DNA of 32,000 bases from Candidatus Saccharimonadota bacterium (GTDB taxonomy: Bacteria > Patescibacteriota > Gracilibacteria > BD1-5 > UBA6164): contig OZ245922.1 in the NCBI GenBank assembly GCA_965229705.1, positions 780,001 to 812,000 on the forward strand, given 5' to 3'. A model generated the notes under the pieces. That model saw only the letters and a list, made by a program, of their open reading frames with translations. It did no database searches and was not told the DNA's origin. Both the position numbers and the translations under genes were made by a program. Shown here piece after piece: positions 19,279 to 29,434 of this stretch (within the stretch, counting starts at the first letter, position 1; the number at the start of each line of letters is the position of its first letter).

Positions 19279-21666
19279 CTATAGAGAAAAAGGTATTTGA
19301 ATATCTTTTTTATGTTCCGTAAAAATACTCTTTCCTTCAAGTGCTTGTATATCTCAAATATGCAGTTTTCCCAGATAGAGATCCTCGATGGATCATCCGT
19401 TCAAAATATACTCTTCTACGGCATGATATCCATTCACATACACCACATCTTTCATACATGCTCCATCTTTACTCGGATCTTCAAAACCTCTCTTTACGCG
19501 AAGCATATAACGAAATACTTTTTCATAATCATGATGATAATACTCTGCAAGATGAGATATAAATTTTTTATATGAATGCTTGAGACCATAATAGAGAAAA
19601 TAATACCTCTCATAGAGTGAATAGTATTTTGCATCTTCCGAAGAAAGAAACCTATTTTGGTTATAAATAGCAATTCCTTCATCTGTTTCAATATAATAGG
19701 CTCCTCCTTTATGCATAATAGAGAGATCACTTTTTTTTCCATTAAGTTTTCTGAGATAATGCCCCTCTATCTCATGAGCAATAACTGCGCGTATCTCTTT
19801 TTTTCCAACCTTTGCGTCTTCTCTCATAATGAGTGTATCTCCTTTCATGGTAAAACGAGCTGGTATATCTCAGGACTTAAGGCGTATTTTTGTGTGATAG
19901 ATATGTGCAAATTTTTTGAGATACTCTTGAACATCTGCAAAAGATAAAAAGTCTTTTTCTGGAACTATATGATGTCTTGCTGCGATACGTTCTTTGGAAG
20001 TGAGAAAATACTCATCATGAATTTTCCCAAATATTTTTTCGCTATAGAGAGTCATATCTGCCGTATTTTGTTCCTGAAACGCGATAAAAAACTGGAGTTT
20101 GTAGAACATTTCCTCTTTTTTTCTTGCATATATTTCACTATAGGGAATATCTGGCACTTGTATTTTTTCGAGTTCTGCGAGTGTTTTTCGAGGATCAAAA
20201 GAGAGTTCGTTGTATTCAAAACGAGGAATATAATCTCCTTTTTTTTCTATAAATATATGTTTTTCTGTGGCAATATTCACGGGACGAATATACTTGAGTA
20301 TTAGCAGTTTTTTCTCAATATTCATCAGTTTTTTATCCAAATCTTGTAGTTGTTTTGTATACACTCAAACGATAGCTGTATTTTTACTTTTGCCGATTTC
20401 TAGCTCGGTAATTCTTGGTCATTCTGATTTCTTGTATTTAAAAGGATCAATGAGAAATCCCTTCAGAGCATTTCTTCATAAGACGATTTTTTCTTCTCCG
20501 AGATGGTCTATCTTGAAAGAAATATGTTTTTCTACTGCGAGAAGTTCTCCGTCGAGTTTGATACGCGTTTTTTCTCCAAAAGGGATTTTGAGTACTTCTG
20601 ATAAAAATTTTCTATCTATAAAACTCTCTGTTTCTGAAAGTCTCAATGAAGCAATATACTGATGTTCTCTATCATTATGAAAAATCTTAAAATACTCTTT
20701 TGTTCCTACTATCTTCTTTCATGAGATTTGTTCTATTCGACCTTCTAGTTCTCCAGAAAACAGATCTCTCCCAAGTCGCACTCCCTTCTCAACACTATTC
20801 ACCTCAATACCCGCAACTTTCTCAAGTCTGACTTTGAGTGGAGCATGATTGACATTTTGTATTTCAAGCCCTGGTCTCACATTGATTTCTAAAAGAAGTG
20901 GTCAGAGATCCTTATCAAGCACCACATCACATCACAAAAATACTATTCCTGTTGATTTTTGTACGGTTACGGCAAGTGAGAGTATTTTTTCCCACTGAGG
21001 AATGACAATTCCCCGAATATCTCAAATACCTGGTATAGAGTGTATGGTTTCGCCTCTGTGAGAAATAAAAGTGATTTTTCACGAGCCAATATCAATACCT
21101 GCGGCGCAGGCTCCTGCGTGTAGGTTTGCTTTTCCATCAGAGGCTTTGGTGGGAATACGGATCATTGCCATCACCGGAACCATATTATAGGAAACGATTC
21201 TGATATCGGGAAGTCCATAGCTTCACAAGAGGTCTATTTCTTCGGAGAGGATAATCTTTTTTTCTATGATGACCTTATCTTTTTTCCCTGAAAGAGAAAA
21301 AAATCCATCAATAATAAACTCTAAATGACGCTGAAAATCTTTTAAAGAAAATACTTCTCCTGAAGAGCTAACAAAACTTCCATCAGCTAAAGAACTATCA
21401 ATAATCAAAATTCCTTTTCAGCCATACCCGTTATTTGGTTTTACCACAAAGGGGGGTACAAGCTGTGATAGAGCCTCTTGTGAGATATCGGTTTCTCTAG
21501 AAAATATACACAAGGTCTCTGGAACTGAGACTCCTTGAGAGAGGAGGTATTTTTTGGTAGCAAGTTTTGAGTCAGCTATCTTTTTTGCCGCAAGAAAGTC
21601 TTCTCCCTTAATATAGAGAAGATTTCGAGCATTTTGCCCGAGAATACCTTTTCGAGAAAAAAACAT
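19279..21666 (-). CDS. Fusion protein (795 aa): RimK-related ATP-grasp (alpha-L-glutamate ligase-like) domain, a ~150-aa middle domain, and a DUF1704 / MATCAP-like HExxxH metallo-carboxypeptidase domain
   Basis: ATG 21666-21664 starts the N-terminal part MFFSRKGILGQNARNLLYIKG...VVKPNNGYG-G-KGILII...DIRIVSYNMVPVMAMIRIPT...ANLHAGA...LEINVRPGL, which has ATP-grasp motifs. The C-terminal part reads IRAVIAHEIEGHYLRK (HExxxH at 19776-19759)...YIETDEGIAIYNQ (QEGLA-like)...KDVVYVNGY. Track ORFs 21418-21711, 21223-21408, 19870-20364 and 19393-19848 share one frame. I walked codons 21222-20365 and found only TGA interruptions. Stop is TAG 19281-19279. Confidence 0.8.
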
Positions 21667-21667
21667 A

Positions 21668-22579
21668 TTAAGAAGGATTGCGAATATACTTTCGAGATGA
21701 GACAAAACCACTGAGAGCTCCTATAGAGAGGAAGATACATGCCTCCAGTATAAAGATGAGAAGCATATTTCCCTCATAAATTCCCGAGAGTGATGAGGCT
21801 CCGAGTATGAGCTGGAGATTAGAAAGAAAGAGCAGATACAAGAGTGTCGCTGCGATAAATGCTGCTAGTACATATATACATCATTGCAGAGCAAAAGGTC
21901 CATAGATAAACATTTTACTCCCTCATACCAGTCGAGTGATATATATCTCGTCTCGGTAATGATAAATAAAGTTTCCAATAATAGAGTAGATAATAATAGA
22001 TATTGATAACAAAAATGTGAGAATGATGATATAGAGACCTCCTTGCAAGATATGTAACACCGATATGACTTTGTCTATTCGTTCAAATTGGCGAGTATAA
22101 CTCGAGAAGTGCTCTTGTTTTTCTGTTTGGAAATCTCATTCTGATAAAATAAAGAGTTTGTTTTCTATGATCTTGTTGAGACTTTCATAGTCACTGAGAG
22201 GAATGTCTTCTATACTGATTGTTTCTGGAAGTGGATTTTGCCTCTCTAGTATTTGTACCAGATCTGGGTCTCGCTGCCGAAGCTCTTCGAGAAGTTCTTC
22301 TTTGGTCTTGTAAGTCACGCGTATACTTGGATGTGCTGCTGCAATATCTTCTTGAAGGTCAATGACTTCTAGAGAGTTTTGGTCATACTGTTCATCGAGG
22401 TACAGAGAGAGTGTGAGTCTCTCTCCAACACTTTCTATAATACGAACACTGACATTGTGTAAGAGCAGGAGTACATGAATAAAAAATATAAGCAGGGCAA
22501 TAATACACACAGAAGAAACACTCAAAAATGTATTACTCGCAATATTTTTAAAAGCGTAGCGTATGAGCCGATACATCAT
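21668..22579 (-). CDS. ftsX: Cell division permease FtsX-like protein (303 aa)
   Basis: MMYRLIRYAFKNIASNTFLSVSSVCIIALLIFFI forms TM1. It is followed by a periplasmic-like domain (LYLDEQYDQNS...ELLEELRQRDPDLVQILERQNPLPETISI) and three C-terminal TM segments ending ...GALSGFVSSRKYIRNPS. Stop is TAA 21670-21668. No ftsE is adjacent. Confidence 0.8.
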
Positions 22580-22731
22580 AGTCTTTTTCTGTGAATGAAA
22601 TATTTGGTATATTCTAATTTTTTGTAGAAAATTCGCAATTTAAAAAATGCAAATAGTCAAGGTATATATTTTGTCTTTTCATACAATAATATGATAGCAT
22701 AGAAGAGAATTTATTTTTTATACATATTTTT

Positions 22732-25017
22732 ATGGCACTTGAAACACTTCGAAACATTACACAATGAGGAATTGATACGACAGAACTCTCAAGAATTGAC
22801 GATATTCGACAAGAACTTGAAGATCTCGATGAGCCAGAAAAAACCGAGGCGATTCGTATTCTCGATGAGGCAATAGACTCTGCTGACGCAGACGTACGAG
22901 ACAACCTACAACTTCTCAAAGCTTCTCTTGAGGGAAACGCGATAGATATTTCTGATCATTTTACAGACGAAGCATCTGTGAGAAAAGCTCTAGAACTTCT
23001 TGAGTTAGATGGAGTCGAAATTATTGGTGGTCATCTTGTATGAATTGATAGTATTTCTATATCTGATAAGATGAAGAAACTCGAAACATTTATGGATCTT
23101 GCAAACTATATCGATGATCAAAACGCAAATGTCGATGGAAAAATACAAAGACTTCTCACGCTCATGAATCCTGAAACAGAATTTATAGAAGAACGACGCT
23201 TCCTCGCCTATGAGTATATGATGTCTCTTTATGGAGATGCACTTGAAAGATGAGTTCAGTTCATTTTCGATAATAATACCCAATCATATACCCTTGAAGC
23301 TCCTCAAGGTGTAGATACATCAGAGTTTGACTCTCTTCTCAGTATAGATACTCAGTATATCGACTTTGCGAAACTCAACTATATTATCTCTCGCAATAAC
23401 GCTCTTGAAGAGTCTATTGTCGATCGAGAATCATATACACTTTTTCTGATGGAAAACAATGCAAATATTCGATCTATCATGCAAAGTTTATGAATAGAAG
23501 ATATTGATGGGTCGAGCTGACTTCTTGCTCAAAGAGAAAGTGTTATTATACAATTACAAAGTATAATAGATACCTGAAATCTCGATCAAAAATCACGAGA
23601 ATATCTCGAAGTACAATGGCTCTATGAGTACCTTGCTTACGAACGCTATGAGTCACATTTTGAGGATAAAGATCTTTTTAGAAATATCAGTGCCTATAAT
23701 ACTGTTTTTGCTGAAAAAGAGAGTTTTATAGAAGCCGTAGATATGCAGTGAATAGATCTTGATAACTTTGATCCCAATGCTGATAAACCAGCATGGTATA
23801 GAGCAATGAAAGAGTTTGGTTTTAAAGGACTCATTATGGGAGTACTTCTCGCAATATTTTGAAGAGGACAACTACGAACATGATGATTTGCAGCTATTGC
23901 CGGTATTCTTGGAGCTGATGCAATACTCGAGTTTACTGATACCGCAACTGGAAATGATGTGAAGCGTGATGCTTTTGAAAAATTCGACGCTAAAAAAGTC
24001 ATCCCCCCAATAAATTATGGATCACTTGATCACCTTAAATACTCTCCAACACTTACACAGCTTACCAATGCTATGGAAGTGAAGAGAACAGCATGAGTAC
24101 AGTCCTTGAGTAATATTAAGACTGCTGCTATTTTTCAACAAGTTTTAGCAAATAATAATCTTTTACAAACAAATATTACTAATGTTTGACCAGCAGAACT
24201 CACTACCATGTATGCAAGTATAGGAAATACTAGTATCGATAATCAAACATTTTGACAGCCAATTCCATGAAGTGAACATGGTGAGATTACGCAAAATGAT
24301 TTTGATATCTTTCTCGGAGTACTTGAGTCTATACAAGATGATTCAGATATCACTCTCAATGATGCTTTACAAGTAAATAATGAGGTCGATCTCCAGCTGA
24401 GTTATCCAAATAATCCTGCAGATGCTCAAGAATTTACGAGGTTTGCATGAGATTTAGAAGCAAAACTCACAGAGATAGATACAAAGATCTCTGAAGCCAC
24501 AGAAAAAGATGCTCTCAAAAATACAATACTCACAAATTTTCATAACTGGTTTACTCAGAGTTATATCCCAAGTATGAATATCTCCTCTGCCAAGAATTTT
24601 TATCTCCTCCCAGAAGCATTTTACACTCCTATGGATAATGGTTCTATCGCTGAATGATATGACCGTATAAATGAAGCATTTTACAATGCTATTTATGAAG
24701 AGCGTTTTCATACAAGCATATTAAGTGCCGTAAAAGATAGTGATATAGACCTTATACAAGCAGCGAACGACCCAAGAATCAACAAGCAAATACAAAGTAT
24801 ACGTAGCCTACTCAATGGTAATTGACAAGCACAGGTGCAAAGTAGTACTATACAGGATATCTTTAACAACGATGCATCAACTCTTCATGATCTCTTAGAG
24901 GCAGTACATAGTATGACAGATAGCGCACATCAATCTGGTCTCAGTCCTCAAATACAGTCTATGCTCCGAGGAATAGATGCAGGTCTTGTAGGTGCAAGTT
25001 TAACACTAATACCGTAA
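22732..25017 (+). CDS. Large acidic protein A of unknown function (761 aa) with a central Gly-rich hydrophobic hairpin
   Basis: The ATG 22732 to TAA 25015-25017 span is 2286 nt. Every codon was walked: no TAA/TAG and 17 in-frame TGA. An upstream in-frame TAA lies at 22687. The hydrophobic hairpin is GFKGLIMGVLLAIFGRGQLRTGGFAAIAGILGADAIL (23818-23928). I recognise no catalytic or family motif. Confidence 0.8.
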
Positions 25018-25021
25018 AACC

Positions 25022-27205
25022 ATGGCTCCAGGTAATAATATAAATATTGGTCCTCAACTGGATCAGTCTATAAGTACTCCATCAAGTTCTACGGACTATT
25101 GAGCGCTCAATACAAAGATACAAGCGCTCCCACAAGGTCATCCCGCTCTACTGTCTTGGCAAGAACATGTTGTACCTCTCAGTACGAGCATAGCATCTCT
25201 GAGTCAACAAACTCGAAATGAACTCGAAAAAAACTTTGGTGTGATTTCCGCTCATATAGATGCTGGGAAGTATGGTGATGCGATATTTATGATTGAACAA
25301 ATACAAAATCTTCACGATAAGTTTACTCAGGCTCAAGACCTGATTAGTGCATCAACTCATACAAGAGAGGCTCTTACACAATGAGATGATATATATAGAG
25401 TAGATCGAAACAGAGACGGAACTATCACTCAAAACGAGCTTGATTTTCATAGAAGAAGATTTGAAGATACCAACTTTGTCTGATGAGTCTCTCTTGCAGA
25501 GTTCAATAGAGAGGTTTCTGCTCTCGCTGAAGATGTCGCACAAAATAATCCAAACATCACAGCTCAGGAGTATCAGGCCTATCTGCAAGCACTCTTTTGA
25601 GAGCAGGGGATAGATATAGTAAATAGAGAAGAAAGTGAGGTAAATGCTATTATCAGAGAGTCACTCACTCAAACAGAAGATCTCCTAAACAATGAATACA
25701 ATACAATATTTCAACAAACTACTGGACCATATGAGATAACTTTTTGAAGTCAGTTAGACATATGAGACTTTGACTTTACGGGGGATTTTCCAGAAGGGAA
25801 TCTCACTTTTGAAACTCAAGGCGAAGCCCTCGAATTTCTGCTCTTTATGAAAGAAACTCTCAACAATATGGAGCCAGGGAGCTGGATCCGAATGTGGGCA
25901 CATATGACTGAATGGTATCGCTGGTGAGCATCAGGTCTCACATCAGAGGCAGGTCGTGAAGGAGTTCAAAGTGCAGGGATAGGAATAGCAGCTCTCTTTG
26001 CAGTATATTTTTTGAAAATGGCTGGAGTTGCTATATGGTCATCTCTGCGATGAGACTCTGGAAACTCATCAGACTCCTGATCTTCTCGAGCTAGGCGTTG
26101 AACACGCTGAGACACATCAGGAGAAAGTACTTCTTCTCAGTGACCAAGTGAGAGATGATGATCAGCTGAAATGCGAGAAACCTTCCGTAATGATAGCCGT
26201 ATACTAAACGATATTTTTACTCGAAATGGTATAGAGCACCCTATGAGTCTTACATCAGATGAGTTTGATAGAATATCTGCAAGTCAAAACGCTTCTGATA
26301 TAGCCCTTAATAATACTATTCGTGAGTGATTACAGGCAAGAAGTTTCCCATGAGGACAAGCCCTTCATAACATTCTGCGTCTAGAGAGACCATCACTCAC
26401 ATGATCTCTTATTGATAATCATCGTCGAATTACCAATATATTTGCCTACATTGATAGTATCGACTGGAACAGTCTTCCTGACAATGCCCACCGCCCTACA
26501 AAAGCAGATTTTATGAGAGAAATCTCTACAAGAGTCTTCACAGAAAATGGAAAACCAAGAACCATCAGCATATGAAAATCCCTTTATAATGATATCACAG
26601 GACGAATGATCAATCTTGGTATTACCAATAGTGAAGGTATCGCGTCTCTTAAGAACAATATCAATGGAAACCCTACTCAGTTTACACCTGCTAATGATAC
26701 TCCTGCAGTAGCTTCTGTCGATGAATGAAGGACGACAGATTGATCGTCTGGATGACCATCAGAAAGAGTGTCAACAAGTAGTGAAAAAGAAGCAATGAAA
26801 ACCTATGGTTATAGTATCGTTGATAGAGTAAGACTTGAAGCGTTCTTGATTGATCCTGAAAGTATCAATACCCTCAGTAAGATACAAGTACGATCTATGA
26901 TAGATGACATTGTAAGAGATATGCCTGTGGATGAGCTCACTCAGGAAGCAGTAAGAGGAAAACTATTTCAGCGCTTAGGAGAATTTCAACCAGGTATGGA
27001 AATCCATTCTCTTAAAAGCATAAACGAACTAGGAGAAATATTTAACAGCATACTTTTGAGTCTCCCTGAAGAAGAGAGAAACACACTCATCAACTCTCGA
27101 GAATGAAGAGCTTTCGGTGAAGTATGAAACCTAGATGACTTCAGATTTGACAAGCATAAAATATATTTAAGAAGACTTTTCAGAGCTGCGTCTCGAGCAA
27201 TATAA
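25022..27205 (+). CDS. Large protein B of unknown function (727 aa) with an EF-hand-like loop, a hydrophobic hairpin and Ser/Gly/Arg-rich linkers
   Basis: The ATG at 25022 lies 4 nt after the gene A stop. The span is 2184 nt, ends at TAA 27203-27205, and was walked codon by codon with no TAA/TAG. It carries DRNRDGTITQNE at 25403-25438 and the hydrophobic segment GVQSAGIGIAALFAVYFLKMAGVAIWSSL at 25961-26047. Confidence 0.8.
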
Positions 27206-27215
27206 GATAAGCATT

Positions 27216-29357
27216 ATGTGTAGCGGTATAGAACACCTTTATGAAAACTCTCCTGAGTCAAAAAGCGAGAGTTTTATATGATTTGAGAGCTCCAGCTTTG
27301 AGTTTTTTCAGCAAGAGCTCGAGACAGGTCTCTATCATTACTATAGTCAATATTATATCAGTGAGATTCCTACGTGATCAGCGGAAAAACTACTTTGAGA
27401 TCTCAAAGCTCGGATAAGTACACAGTATAATAACTATGAAGTAGATGATGTGAAACCCGAACATTTTGCTGGTTTTTCTATACTCTCAGGTCTTTTAGTG
27501 GTTCAAGATACATGAGGTGTAGAGTATACCTATGACTTTAATATTGATGGAAAACTGCGATTTCTCTGATATGCTCCTCATGATATTCTTTGTGAGCGAA
27601 GAGATGTTATACGAGAACAGACTGAAGGTCTTGAAACAGTATTAAATGCGATGGATGAAGTATTTCAAAAAAATGAAAGAGAGTGGTTTGATAGGCTCGG
27701 AGAAAATGATATCTACAGTTGAGATTTGAAAGTACAAAGTATTGAGGGAGAGTCTCTCAAACTCCAATGAAAAAATATTATAGAGCTCTATAATCTTGCC
27801 CGAGAACATCTTCTCGCATTGCGTCTTGCTCGGTCAAGTATTCAGTGATGAGATCCCGTAGATATCAAAATGTATCATGTGGAAAAAAGATTTGCAGATA
27901 TGGCGCTTGGAATATGAGATGTATATGAAGGCTGAGCAAAACTTTTTGATCTCAGTCCCGATGAACTCAACTATCTCGTATCTCGTCAGATTGAGTCATT
28001 TGTTGACAATGATGATTTGCTATCATTTCTCTCTTCTCAGCATGAAAAAATGTACAGAAACACTCATAGGTCTGAGAGTGTTAATACAGCAAATACCATC
28101 TATTCTCAGGCTATACACAATGCTATATATCAACGCTTTACAAAGCAGTTAGAAATATCGGAGACAAATGGAGATATACAAAATCATGAAAAAATACAGT
28201 CCTCTTTTCTCAGACTTATAAAAATCATCACAGGAAGAGAGTGAAATGTATTGAAAATCCTGCATAATCCTGATCTTGCAGCGCATATAAGCTCCTATCT
28301 ACTTACTCGTCCATGAGGAATCATAGAAAGACTCAATGAGCATAATAACACTGATATTCTCCAAGAAGATCCTGAGATGAATGGAAGAACACCGAACCAA
28401 ACAATAGACAGATTTATTTCTGTGTGTCAAAAACGATTGTTTGAGTGAGAAACAAAAAAGTCAGTAAAAATATTCATCGCTGTAAAATACGGTATCCCTA
28501 TGAAGCTCCTCTCATGAGCAAATGATCTATGAGATTATTGAGAACTCAGTTTTCAAGAGAAATGATATGTCTCCCTAATGGAAAGAATGGCTGATCGATT
28601 GTCCACGCAAAAAAAGCTCTGATACACATACAGTTTTGAAAAGTTTGATGCTCTACTGCGAGATATCTCACAGGAAACTCAAAATGATCTGCGAAAATAT
28701 CTCAGTCGTGAATTTGATTCAAAGTTCTTTGATTGGAATGGTTTTTGAAGTGATGACTTACTCAATATCTCATGAGAGTCTGGACAACCACTTTTTTCTC
28801 AAGCTGATGGAGAACTCCTTGATCTATTTAATGATATTGAGTGAAATGGCTTGTTTGATTTTTCTGATGTGACAAATAGCTATATATATGAGTGAACTAA
28901 AATCGCTATTATTATTTGAGCTGCTGTTGTCCTATTTGTCGCAACATGATGAACATGAGCGGCTCTTGTTTGATGAAGTATTATCGCGCAGTGAGCGGTC
29001 GTATGAGCTTGAGCTACAATGGCTTCTTGGGCTACCCATCCTCTATGACATGACACACATCTTGAAATGCTAACGGATTTGTGATCTGATCTTGCTATCT
29101 GAACGGCTTTGTGAGCATGATGATGAGCACTAGGAAAACTCGCAATAGGCTGAGCAGGTATTACTTCTGTAAATGGTTTTAAAACAGCGGCTCGAAACTT
29201 TTCTTTTATTCAAGCACCTGATTTGACGAGTGGTATTGCGATAGAAATGTTTGCAAGATATCCCACAATATCACGTATTTTCCATGCTTGAGAGATTATT
29301 ACATGAAATGATGAGTTTGAACTGACAGATATAGAAAAACTTCCTGATTTTTCATAG
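27216..29357 (+). CDS. Large protein C of unknown function (713 aa) with a C-terminal glycine-zipper membrane region
   Basis: The ATG at 27216 lies 10 nt after the gene B stop. The span is 2142 nt, ends at TAG 29355-29357, and was walked codon by codon. The C-terminal region reads GTKIAIIIGAAVVLFVATGGTGAALVGGSIIAQGAVVGAGATMASWATHPLGHD...LGSDLAIGTALGAGGGALGKLAIGGAGI. Eighteen of its glycines are TGA-encoded. Confidence 0.8.
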
Positions 29358-29434
29358 TATAAAAGAGCTTATTTTTTGTCAGAAAACAAAAAGTATGATA
29401 TCCTCAAAGTATATAATATTTTTTTATTATCACT

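Noticed and set aside
19969-20662. Plus-strand ORFs of 111 and 131 aa.
   Set aside because: They are antisense to the ATP-grasp/DUF1704 fusion frame, with no motifs and low-complexity composition.
22614-22919. 101-aa Ser/Arg-rich minus-strand ORF overlapping the start of gene A.
   Set aside because: It is antisense to the verified gene A frame and has a low-complexity translation. The upstream part is the ftsX / gene A divergent intergenic region.
27877-29073. Track ORFs 27877-28152, 28636-28872 and 28888-29073 inside gene C.
   Set aside because: They are out of frame relative to the 714-codon continuous code-25 frame. They exist only because the true frame is dense in TGA.
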